Shown: piece by piece, positions 26,917 to 39,000 of the stretch
Layout: each line of letters opens with the position of its first letter
How positions within the stretch are numbered: the first letter of the stretch is position 1
Source: Octopus sinensis
Taxonomy: Eukaryota
Length of the DNA stretch: 64,000 bases
Direction of reading: 5' to 3'
NCBI RefSeq assembly: GCF_006345805.1
Contig: NC_043004.1
Span: 20,832,001-20,896,000, forward strand
Notes under the pieces: model-generated
Seen by the model: only the letters and a program-made list of their open reading frames with translations
Database searches by the model: none
What the model was told of the DNA's origin: nothing
Translations under genes and position numbers: made by a program

Positions 26917-26920
<4 letters not shown>
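26092..26920 (-). mobile_element. RTE-clade LINE 3' end with 3' UTR and (GAT)n tail
   Basis: Minus strand LERNEASMIRWMCYVS...WYGHVLQMDVDSCVRKC..LTVEET.GRGR, continuing through a repetitive UTR to ccatgccagcatggaaaacagacgttaaacgatgatg. Confidence 0.85.
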
Positions 26921-26957
<37 letters not shown>

Positions 26958-26984
26958 CAAGATAAATAAACAGACAGACAGATG

Positions 26985-27047
<63 letters not shown>

Positions 27048-27553
27048 CATAACTGCAAGCATCAAAGATTTTAGACTGCTGGCAAATTAAGTCCAGGTTA
27101 TCATATTACTTTCTGTTTAAATTAGTCTCTGTCTCATTACTTACTTAGTTAATATCTTTAGATAAATGTAGAAAGGCCACACAATTTCATTTCCCTACAG
27201 CAACAAAATCTGAGATGCTTGCCAATGTGGGAAATCAATAATTTTGATGTTCTTGGTGGAATGCAAAGGAGAGGGCATCTCTCAGTGAACTGATTCTGTG
27301 ACATATTTTTAATTCTTCATTGAATTTTTTTTTACTAACATCATAATGATATAGAATGATCATCTTAAAAATTAACTCATCATTATCGCTGTCGTTATCA
27401 TTAATATCATTATCGCTGTCGTTTAACATTAATATTTTAACATTAATATTTCTAACTTTAAATTTTGAAATCAAAATTACTATGCAAAATTCCCAAATGA
27501 ATTACAGTAAAGAAACCGTAATTCTTGAAATAGCTTGATCATTTTTAAAAAAA

Positions 27554-29075
27554 ATTTCATATGATATTTAAGATACTGATTTTGCTAAATATCATATTTA
27601 ATTTGATTGCAGCAGTTTAAGTAGGATTTACACATTAAACACTAATTTATATATTTATCTGTACTGAAATAATTTTGAATTTCAAGAGAAATGCAAAATG
27701 TAAAATACTGTTTGAAAGCAATCAAACAATGCTAGAAACTCTTTGATGTTAAGTATATTCTAATAATTTTGAAGTCATCTGCTAAAAAATGGAAAATGTT
27801 AAAAACTAACAAAATCTCTAAGAATTTGTAAATAATTTTTTATTTCTTGTAAGTGAAGTATGTATCTTTTGTTTCTTTTTTTTTGTTTCCTTTTAATTTA
27901 TATTTGCATTCTTAATTAATCTTCAAGTACATTTACATTTGATGGATATTTGTCCTCATCTTGTTTGTTGTTAACACAACATTATGGCTGATATGCCCTT
28001 AGGGAAATTTCGAACCTGGGTTCTCATTCCTAAGGTAATTTTTTATGTTGTTGTTGATTTTCCTTCAAAATTTCAGGCCTTGTGCCTATAGTAGAAATCA
28101 TCATCATCATCTTCCCCATCACCACCACCACCACCAGGGTATATCAGCCAAAACGTTTTGTTAACAACAAACAAGATGACAAATATCCGTCAAATGTAAA
28201 TAATGTACGTAATTCCTCATCTCTTAAATATAGAACTGTAATCATCAAGTAGTTATCATTTTTAGTACTTATAGGTCTACACTCAGCTGTTGTGGTTAAG
28301 AAGTTTGCTTCAAAACCAGATGGCCTTGGGTTTAATTCCACTGCTTGCATTAGTGTCTTCTACAATACCTTTGAACAGATTGATGACATGTATAAAAATT
28401 TGAGTGACTCAGGAAGCTCATTGTGTGTATGTGTGTGTGTGTGGTGTGTGTGTGTGTGTGTGTATGTGGACAATGGATGTTAAATGATGGTGATGATGAT
28501 GGTGATGATGATGATGATGCTTTCTACTATAGGTACAAGGCCTGAAATTTTGAAGTAAGTTCAACAACATAAAAAAATACCTTAGGAATGAGAACCCAAG
28601 TTTGAAATTTCCCCAAGGGTATATCAGCCAAAATGTTGTATTAAAAACAAACAAGATGAGGACAAATATCCATCAAATGTAAATGTACTTGATGATTAAG
28701 AATGCAAATATAAATTAATAGGAAACAAAAAAAAAAGAAACAAAAGATACATACTTCACTTACAAGAAATAAAATAATTATTTACAAATTCTAAGAGATT
28801 TTGTTATTTTTTAACATTTTCCAAATTGACATTTTCCATTTTTTTAGCAGATGACTTCAAAATTATTAGAATATACTTAACATCAAAGAGTTTCTAGCAT
28901 TGTTTGATTGCTTTCAAACAGTATTTTACATTTTGCATTTCTCTTGAAATTCAAAATTATTTCAGTATAGATAAACATATAGATTAGTGTTTAATGTGTA
29001 AATCCTACTTAAACTGCTGCAATCAAATCAAATATGATATTTGGCAAAATCAGTATCTTAAGTATCATATGAAAT
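27554..29075. repeat. Long inverted duplication (~550-bp arms, ~400-bp spacer)
   Basis: 27554-~28110 is the reverse complement of ~28505-29075 with few mismatches. Confidence 0.92.
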
Positions 29076-31654
29076 ACGTTGATTTTATAGTAAACAAACT
29101 TTCATCACATGAAATAAAAGACTAGCATTAAGATTTCATTCAAAAAATATATAATTCAAGAATTTATCACATTATTTGGAAATTTTGTTTAGCAATTTTG
29201 TTTTCAAAATCTCAAGTTAAACAGTTACAGAGCTACAAGTAGCAACAATGTTGTCATTTCCTTATTTCTCATGTCAATAAATCATCTGCTGGCATTGCAC
29301 TTTCAAAGATATGTAGAAAAAAAGAACCACCCTTTCTTGAAAAATCAGTAAAGGTTGGATGACAAGAAGAGCATCCAGCTAGAAAACAGTGCCTAAATGA
29401 CACATTTAACCAACTTTTGCTAGTTTGGAAAAATGGACATAAAAACAAATAAATAAATATGAATATTCAAGTGTGATGTCTGTGAATGTGTGTGTATGTG
29501 TGTGCATGTGCTATGTGTGTAGGTTCAAATGTTTATGTTCCAAGCTTGAGTGAAATGTTCATGATGCTAACATTCCTTGCTTGCATTATGACTGATCACC
29601 CTGTGCTTTTAAAGACCATTAGAATTAAAAGTCCCTCACTTAAAAAAGAGGTAAGCTGGACTTTCTTCCAGTTAGCAACAGGAAGAGAGTCCAGCTTTAA
29701 AATTCTGCCTTTCTATAACTCTCTATTCAATCTCATGCAAGCATACTAAAAATGAACTGTAAACATATGAACAAAAAAGTCAACTTTAGTTTAAATAAAA
29801 GAGAAACTAAGAATATGGCTTTTCGTACCTGATGGGTGGAAATGTGGTGAAGTGGGGGAGGAGCTCAGAATGTGCATGCATTAAATATAAAGCTGGTTGT
29901 TTGCTAGAAATGAAAGAGCTGAGCTGAATTCTAATGCAAATATTTTGTAGTTTATTTATGCAGAAGTCTTAATTCCATATTTCTTTAATTTATCTAACTG
30001 ATAGGAATAATTACCAGACACCTGAGAATGGGGAGTGTGACAAAATGTTGGATTATCTTGAGATCTCTCATCCTCATAAGATCATGAATACAAGATATTT
30101 ATATATATATGGTTAGAAAAGAGAAGAGAAGAGAGAGAGAGAGATAACTACTATCCTCCCCCTACAACAGCAATAATAAATAGAGGTTGCTGTCCCAGAA
30201 ATTAAGCCAAATCTGAAAGAAAAGTATCAAGGTCCACAGACACTCCAATCTCTTTCCAGAAAAGCTTGCTTATTTCAGCAAAAATAAGATGAAAGATTTC
30301 ATCCAAGAGAAAAAAAAAATAATGGAAAAAGCCCCAGTGATGGTGGGATACATAGTACAGTAGGAGATTACAACTGGAACCTTCAGCTGGACTGTTCTGG
30401 TAGATCTCAGTTAATAAACTTCAATACAAGATACCCTCTGAAAGAGTACCTTTGATCATTTTAATGTGTTTCATGGTTATTTTTGAATTACAATTTATTC
30501 AGAAGCAATTACAATTTATTTAGTAGTGAACTCCAAAGTTTTTAGGATAAAAATAAGCTGATTTAGTGCTATGAGGTAACATATAATATATCAGAATCAT
30601 TAATACTGTTGATATTTTTGTATCAAAATAGTAAATTATTGATTAATTAGAAATGATCTGGCAAAACTGATGCTCTTTTGAAAAAATATATCCAACAATA
30701 TGTCTGACTTATGCACCGAATTGAATGATGTAACTGAGGTCCTTAATTTTAGTGCAGGAGTGGATGCATCAGCATATAAAAGGGTTATGTTTTATCTCCA
30801 ATCCTAGAGCTGCTAAGGTAAAACTGATTATATATTTGGAATCAGTGTCCCAAATATACCCAAGGGAAGATCTAATGTCTCAAGTGCCAAAATGTGTCAT
30901 TGTAAGAGAAATATATTGCAGATGAGAAAAACAGTATGATAAGCAGAGAAAAATAAAATAAATAAAAAATTTAAAAAACTATGTTATCTAAGAGACATTC
31001 TTCATATTTGGCTAAACTATGATAAAAGCCATTCCAACCATGACCATCCTGTATGTTGTACATATGGAAATACATTGTTCAATGTATACTTTATTGAAAA
31101 AAGTAGAATGCCATTTGAAAGAGACATGTCTATTTCTAGCAGATCTGATGATTGTGTAAAGTTTACCTCATGAGAAAAATAAACTGATCATGTCATAAAT
31201 AAATACTTTAATGCTTTATATCCAAGTTCACATCCAGCCAAGGCTTGATATATAGAATTCCATTTACAGAAACAACAAATATATATTTAATACAGAATCC
31301 TAATGTTACATCTCAATCTGCTTCTACTGCAATCTTCCTTATGAGTAACACACAACAATAATGTCAAATCAGTCTAGGAATGTAAATGTACTTAAGATGA
31401 GGATCAAAAACAGAATTAGTTGTAGGACATGGCACTGAATAGTTTTCATAATATATATATATAAATATATATACATAACCTCCAAATGGTAGTAGTTTCC
31501 TTGCAGTAAACTTGCGACTTGAGTTCTGTAACATTAAAGGAGGTTTATACTGTGTGAAAGAGCTCAGATGTTGTTAAATCATATATTAAAGAAAGAGATT
31601 TATTAAATTTAATAATTTCCATCATTGTCAGCATCATTATAATTATTAATATTA

Positions 31655-32432
31655 AATTGGTGAGCTGGCAGAGTCATTAACATGCTGGGCAACAAGCTTA
31701 GCAGCATCTTGTTTACATTCTGAGTTCAAATTCTGTCGAGGTCAATAATTTCATAATTTCGGGGTCAATAAAATAAGTGTGGTTGATTACTAGGGTTGAT
31801 GTAATCGACTTACCCCTCCCACGAAAGAGTCAGCTTTGTACCAAAATTTGAAATCATTATTATTATTGATAAGGCAGCAAGTTGGCAGAATCATAATCAC
31901 GTTGGGCAAAATGTTTCATGACATTTTGTCTGTTCTTATGTTCTGAGTTTGAATTCCCTGGGGTTGAGGTTGACTTCGCCTTCCATCCTTTCAGGGTTGA
32001 TGAAATAAGTACCACTTGAGCGCTGGGTTCAATGTAATAAACTTCTTCTCCCTCACCAAATTTCAGGCCTTGTGCCTATAATAGAAAGTATTATTATTAT
32101 GTCGGAAAATGGGGTCATTTTAATTGACTCAGCCCCTCTCCCAAAGCTGCTCGTCTTGTGCCAAAATTTGGAACATTACTATTATTGTTATTATTAAGGC
32201 AGCAAGCAGGTAAAATTATTAGCATCCTGGGCATAATTCTCAGCAGCATTTCATCTGTCATTACATTGTGAGTTTAAATTCTACTGAGGTCAAATTTTCC
32301 TTTCATCCTTTAAGGTCAATAAAATATGTACCAGTTGAGCACTGGGGTCAATGTAATTGACTTTCTCCATCTCCAAAATTGCTGATCATGTGGCAAAATT
32401 TGAAACCATCATCGTCATCATCATAATTATTA

Positions 32433-32476
<44 letters not shown>

Positions 32477-32705
32477 TATTATTATTAAGGTGGCAGGCTA
32501 GCAGAATCGTTTGCATACTGAACAAAGTACTTTGTGGTAATTAGTCCATCTTTACATTATGAGTTCAAACGCTGCAGTGGTCAACTTTGCCTTTCAATTT
32601 TTGGGGTCAATGAAACATTTATCAATTGAGCACAGGGGCCGATATAATTGACTTGTGATCTCCCCACAAATTTCAAGCCTTGTGCCTATTGTAGAAATGA
32701 TTATT
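31655..32705 (+). mobile_element. Cluster of ~5 tandem family-B SINEs separated by (ATT)n
   Basis: Repeated ggtgagctggcaga...gagttcaaattc...gaggtcaactttgcctttcatcc...ataagtaccag...cttgtgcc units. Confidence 0.85.
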
Positions 32706-33084
32706 ATTGTCGTTATTTTGTCAATACAGACCATCACAAGTTTTCTTGGATTCTAGTGCTATTTTTTTTTTTACTTCTACTGAAATACATACTTACTCAT
32801 CCGAACGTATTGACAAAATGGTTGGCTATGTTTAGTTACAGCCATGGTCAACTTCGTAGTTCATCCTTCCAGTAACATTAAAATAAAAAACTAGCCAAAA
32901 ACTCAGGCCAGTTTAATAGACTAACTCCTTCCACTAAATTTCTTGCCTTGTACTCATATTAATAACAATTGCTGAAATTGATCAACTACAGCAGTAGTCA
33001 GAAACAAGCAATCCATTGTTTGGCTATAATTCTTTGAATTGCTTCAGTGTAGAGTTGTTCTCAAACTGGAGATCTGGCCTAAAT

Positions 33085-33329
33085 CAATGTTTCTTAACCA
33101 TTTTTTACCAATAGACCCCTTTGATTCCTATTTTACTTAGAAGGTTCCTCCTAGCTATTTGATGTTTAAATATTCCGATTGTATTTTCATACTTAAATAT
33201 TATTAGGAACTGTACAAAAAATTATTTTGAGTATAATAGAAAGATAACCAATTTATTGCAGATAAATTTTATCAACAAAATCTTATGTGGACCCCCGAGG
33301 GCCTTATGGAACTCAGTTGAGAACCACTG
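33085..33329. mobile_element. hAT (Charlie-like) MITE
   Basis: TIRs caatgtttcttaac / gttgagaaccactg; 8-bp TSD gcctaaat / gtctaaat. Confidence 0.8.
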
Positions 33330-33604
33330 GTCTAAATGTTAGCAATAAAATGAACTCTGCAAAAGACATCCAAAACTCAGGTAGAGATGTTAAACTGGGT
33401 GAATGATTAAGTCTATCACCCAGTAGGCTCATTAGTGAACTTCAGTAGAGTCTCTGTCTATCCAATTCTTCTTAAGGTTTTGGTTTACCTATATCTGCAG
33501 TAAAAGAGATTTCCCTATAGTTCCATGCTGTGATATCAGACCCAAAATTTCATACTTTCAGAACAAACATTTTTAATCACACAAACACATTTGCACCTGT
33601 TAAA

Positions 33605-33860
33605 TATGTCATGTGACAGTCTATCTATTGTCATGTCATACATTGCTAGAGTTGGTGGGTTAGTGAGTCATATTGTACATAACTAGAGTCAGATGGTCAA
33701 TTTAATTGTGAGTCATGCTGCCTATTGCTAGAGTTGGTGAGCTGCATTGTAGATAGCAGCTATTTGTTGGTTCAGTCATGTTGTACATAGCAGTTGTTTG
33801 TTGGTTGGTCAGTCATGTTGTGCATAACATCTGTTGGTTGGCTGGTTAATTAGTTGGCTG
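33605..33860 (+). repeat. Degenerate 30-45-bp minisatellite
   Basis: About six units beginning agtcatg.tg..ca and ending gttggt. Confidence 0.6.
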
Positions 33861-34597
33861 ATGAAGAAATTATTTACTCAATTGCTGTATAAGCTTTTTG
33901 TGAAATATTTAACAATGGAATCTTAATTTGTTTTAATTGCAACTGAAGTAAATTTCATCATTAAGAAATTAACAACTGAAGAAATTAACAACAATTGGAA
34001 ATAGAGTAGCTGCTGTTTATCTCTAGGTAAACATTGATTGAGCAGACTAACGGTGGCATTCCAATAGTGACCATCCAGTCTTTTTAGTCATATTTAGGAT
34101 TACACTATGTAATTGGTCCTTCATTAATGGTCTTCCAGCCACAACCATACTATCTTGTTTTCAGGACTAGTGCATCTTGTACTCTATTATTCAAAGTATC
34201 CATCTTGATTTTAAGAAAATATAGCTACTGTTTTTAATAGGCTGAGTGAGAACATAGAAGTTCCTTTATATGATATTATAGGAATCTTATTCTTAGAAGA
34301 GTCGTTAGAAGTGAATGAAATAATGTAGTTACTAATGCATTATTCAATGTGTTTTTTTTTATTTTATGGTTGAAGGGTGCATTTTGAAGGAGATGTAGCT
34401 TCTATTTAGTGCAGGTTGAATGACAATTTCACAAGCGCATCATTAGTTTATGAAGAAGCATGTTCTTAGTTGAAGCAAAAAGAATGAAGAAAGAATGCAA
34501 TATTCAATGTGCTTTTTCTCCGTTTATGATTGAAGAATGCATTCTGAAAGAGATATAACATCTCTTTTACACAGGTTGAATAACAATGTCACAACTA

Positions 34598-35799
34598 TTG
34601 GGTCATCCCATAAATAATGTGCTTTTTTTATATTTTCTTTTATTTTTTAAAGTTAAGGTAAACAAAGTTCGTCTTTAATCTAAAATATACCCTCTTTCAT
34701 TTTCTACAATGCTCTTCCATCTATCTGGTAGACTTGCAAGGTCCCACTCGCAAAATTCACTTGTCTGTGATGAAAAATACTCCTCCAGTACTGTTCTGAC
34801 CTCATCTGCAGAATTCATATTTTTTATGACCAGATGATTTTGAATATGATGGGTGGGGCATTGTTTCCCATTCAACCTGCTCCAGCCTTTGGAATGTCAT
34901 CCTCACTGTATGTGACGGAGCATTATCCTGATGGAAGAAAACCTCTCGTCTTGAAAGCAATGATGGCTATTTTTCTTCTAGTGCTGACTTAAGTTGCTCA
35001 TGCTACTCACAGTAGATATCCTTTGTTATCGTTTGGTTTGGGTTTAAAAGTTCAAAGTGGACTAAACCTTTCATATCTCATCAAACATAAGAACACCTTA
35101 CGTGGGTGAAGACCTTCTTTAGCCTGGGGCTCCAGTGTCTTTAGTGCTTGACATTTTTATAGAGAATCCATTTTTTGTCACCAGTCACTATTTGGTCTGA
35201 AAAAAGATTCATTCATGAGACGTGACAGCAAAGAAGAGCACACATTCACTCTCTGTATGCGATTACACTTGGAAAATTTGTGAGGAACCCATTGACCCAA
35301 TTTGCTGATTCTTCCAATAGCATGCAAGTGTTGATGAATGGTTGAACGACCAAATCCAAGCTCCTCTGCTAGTTCCCTTAACAGTTACAATGGGATTTTG
35401 TTCCATCAGGGGTGCAGGATGTTCTTGTTGATCTATACAGATCTTCCAGGACAAGGCTTCTAGGCTGTAATTTCTGGAACCACCATTGACACTGGCTTAC
35501 ACTTATTGTCCAATCCCCATATACTGCATTAATATTCCTCATACTTTCAGTTGTGCTGTTTCCTTTATTGAACTCATAAAGCAAAATATGCCAAATATAT
35601 GCCTTTGTCACTTCCATTATAGCTTTGAAAAATAACTGTTAAAAGTGAACCGCACTCTTCAAAATTTGCACTAAGAATAAGCAGAAGGTAAAATCACTAC
35701 CTGTTTTTATAGCAAATTGATGCAGACAGTTTATCCCATCCTCCTCCAACTTTTAATTTATGTGAATGAAAAAATCGCATTATTTATGGGATGAACCAA
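34598..35799 (-). mobile_element. Near-full-length decayed mariner, same family as 20855-22128
   Basis: TIRs ttgggtcatcccataaataatg / cattatttatgggatgaaccaa; TA TSD at 34596-34597 and 35800-35801; ORFs 35378-35617 (MEVTKAYIWHILLYEFNKG) and 34675-34875 (LPDRWKSIVENERGYILD). Confidence 0.92.
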
Positions 35800-36309
35800 T
35801 ACTTCATTAGTTTATGATGAAGCATGTTTTTAGATGAGATGACGAGAAAGAATGGCAGTGGAAAAATGAAATAATATACATCCAACTTGAGGCTAGAGAT
35901 GCATTATTAGTTATAAAATAATAAAAATAATAAATAATAATGATTAGTACGTCAATACAATTTTAGATTGTTTTTATTTTTTGAGAATTTTCTTGTGTTC
36001 TTGCTGTATTCTATCTGTCGTGTTCCCAGAAATTTCTAATCAATACACAATTAGATAATGTCAATAAATTGTGGTTTTCCATTACTAGGTTTCTATCTAA
36101 ATGCAATAAAGCTATAGAAGCCTGTTTCCACTGGAAACTAAGCCATGCTTTTAGAGCCATAATTAAGATTAATGAAAGTTATTTCAAGAAAATTCTCACA
36201 AAATTTCGAGATGAGTTCTCCATTATTACATTTGAAACTTATTAAGATGGGATTTTGCCATCATTTATTTTCAAACTTAATTCCATAAATTTGTTTGTTG
36301 AAGTTTGTT

Positions 36310-36500
36310 TGTTTAACCCCAAGTCGGTCTTAACTGAACAGTTCTATTATCAAAGACATTCAAGCTATCACAATACCACCTTTTCCTTTTTGAGATAAAA
36401 TATATGCCTGATTACTTTAGTTGATGTATCTTTCCACTTTCTAAGAGAGAAGGGTGTGGTTTGAGAAAGATTTGGGCGCTATCTCTAACAGTTTAGGAAC
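36310..36500. repeat. Old dispersed repeat of unknown class (further copies ~14850-15070, 31010-31170, 34020-34270, 39565-39690, 41750-41930, 43665-43870, 63320-63630)
   Basis: Recurrent motifs attccagccatgaccat and gtgtgatttgag..agatttggctgctatttctagca. Confidence 0.55.
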
Positions 36501-37381
36501 AATTCGAGAAAGTCATAAAAAATTCTTCATTTGAAAAATCATAAGAATATATCATAACTATGAACAAATTATGTTGCGCTTTAGACATTTTTCCTTACAA
36601 TTTCTCCGACTAAGAATGATGCATTCCACCTGATCAAGTATGAATATTATATGCTGTTAAAAAATAGAAAAAGATCCTTCTTTTGTTTAATAAAATACGA
36701 ACATCATGAGCCCCTCCCAAAGTGAATGCAATAAAAGTTCAATGTGGGAGGAGCTTTTACACAACAATAACCAACTGAAGATATAACGATATCCTATATA
36801 TATTTTGACCTGCTTATTTTGATAACATCTCTGATTATAATGAGGCACTTCTACTGTGTCTAATAACATGAATAAATTTGCAGCTTTATCTCTTCATCCT
36901 TCCAGGTTTGATAAAAAGTACCAGTCAAGTGCTGGGGTCAGTTCTTCACTCACTCTCTCCCAATTGTAGTTTATTACATTGCATCATGGGAATGTTGTTG
37001 GAAATTGCAATGTTTCATTCTGCAGAAATGCACAAGGGCTGATTGAGAGGCCAGAAATCTCTTATGATAAAAGGCAGATTTTCTCTGCCTGTTCCCATGC
37101 TTCTTTTTAAAACAATTCTACAATATAGAATTTCTTCAATTGGAATTTACTTATGATTTTTCCAGTAGATTCGATTGGGTCATGGGATGTAAAGTTTTTT
37201 CAATTTGACCCCCAATTAAGCAAAAATTCGAAAAAACTCAATATTTTACGATTTGTCTCTCACATTTCAAGTGGTTTACTCCTGCTATTACCACCACACT
37301 TTCTCCTACTTTCTCTTTGCAAGTGTGAAACTATTAAAGTGAAAGTATTCCCTTATTGTGTGTGTGTGTGTGTGTGTGTTG

Positions 37382-37434
<53 letters not shown>

Positions 37435-38137
37435 TAGCAATTCGTATAAAATTGCATGAATGACTTGAACTTGAATAAGTGGTTTCACATAAATGAGGAT
37501 AAATTAAAAAGGTTTGTTGTTATTATTACTGTTTGACTATTGTAATCACGTTTGTTGGTTCTGCGTTAGGGAAACGTTGTTGTGTTGCATTTGTTAAATA
37601 ATTGTAAACCGTAACCCTCCCCCTTTCGGAGAAGGGGCTTTGGTTATTGTTTAAAAATTGAATTGTGTCCCTGTTTGGGAAAATTGACAATATTTTCACC
37701 GTCTTTACGGAAGCATTTTTGTTAAAATGCCTTCCATAGAAGAAAGTCCAAAAATGAATTTCGCTGCAGCCGTACACTTCTATACAAGAGGGAGGACAAG
37801 ATCCAATTGTTCGAAATTCCAGTCTGTTATATATTTTGAGTATTGTTATCACAAGCGATATCAAGATATAACTTTGTATTTTGTATTTTATGTGTAGATG
37901 TATATATATATATATAGATGTACATGTAATATGTACACATATATATACACATATATACATGCATAATATATCTACCCATACACACATACGCACACACACA
38001 CATACATAGGCGCAGGTGTGGCTGTGTGGTAACAAACAACGTTCCAAACACATGGTCCTGGGTTCATGTACATATATACATACATACATCCATACATACA
38101 TGTGTGTGTGTGTATGTGTATTAATGTGTGTGTGTTA

Positions 38138-38527
38138 TCTCTCTCTATATAAAGCTGAAGTTGTCTGTGTGCGCCAGGTTTGGTAACCTTCAACTAACAC
38201 TATCTCCTCCGAGACCCTGCGGCGCAAGTTGACCAAAATTGAAAGTATGATAGAAGAACGGTTGCTCTTCCTTCCGTAGAAGATAAAATTCAAATCGGAC
38301 CATGTTAACACCAAAAATTATTTACATAAAAAACGCTTTTTTCTATGAAAATCCCTATTTTTTTACGATTTTTTCACTGCTGTGTCGCCACTTTTCGGTG
38401 TATTTCAACCAGAAAAATGTTCACTTGAAGAGAATAACAAGCTACATAATGCAAAATTTTTACTTTTCAAAATTTCCAATTCCAGCGGGTCGAAACAAAC
38501 CCGAGCAACGCCGGGTGATACTGCTAG
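38138..38527 (+). mobile_element. Complete non-autonomous Helitron
   Basis: A|TC 5' end, subterminal hairpin cccgagcaacgccggg, CTAG|T 3' end, no TSD; CpGs retained. Confidence 0.85.
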
Positions 38528-38639
38528 TCTCTTATAAAAAAAAAAACTTGATATGCTTCTGGAACCATAAAAAATAGACTGAGGTGTAATATAACACTGT
38601 CCTTGTTATTGTCAAACCTAGATCAGCACTTATCAAACA

Positions 38640-38879
38640 GGTAAAGCAGCTGATGCTAGGAAGGGCTTCCAGCTGTGAAAACCATGCCAAAACAAATTTC
38701 GTCAGAGTTAGTGTCACATAAAAATCATTCAAGCCTACTCTGTAAAGTATCTGGTATTAGGAAGGGCATCCATCTATAAAATCCATGCCAAAACAGACAG
38801 TGGAGTTTGGTGCAATCCCCTAGTTTGTCAGCTCCTATCAAACCGTCCAACACATGCCAGTATGGAAGACAGGTGTTAA

Positions 38880-38923
<44 letters not shown>

Positions 38924-39000
38924 AATGATGACTTATCTTTGTTAAGGCATGATGATGATGATGATGATGATAATGATGACTTATCTTTGTTAAGGCATGA
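38640..39000 (+). mobile_element. RTE 3'-tail fragments with expanded (GAT)n and a local tandem duplication
   Basis: ggaagggcatcca...ccaacacatgccagtatggaagacaggtgttaaatgatgat; gatgataatgatgacttatctttgttaaggcatga occurs twice. Confidence 0.65.

Noticed and set aside
29930-30460. Possible Tc1 transposase remnant
   Set aside because: Only a weak PVMVG-like motif; no TIRs identified
33605-33860. Regularly spaced short repeats
   Set aside because: Whole units are similar to each other (minisatellite) with no unique spacers
37526-38101. Longest ORF (191 aa) as a gene
   Set aside because: N-terminal third is microsatellite and SINE head; remainder has no recognisable domain, so kept only as a finding
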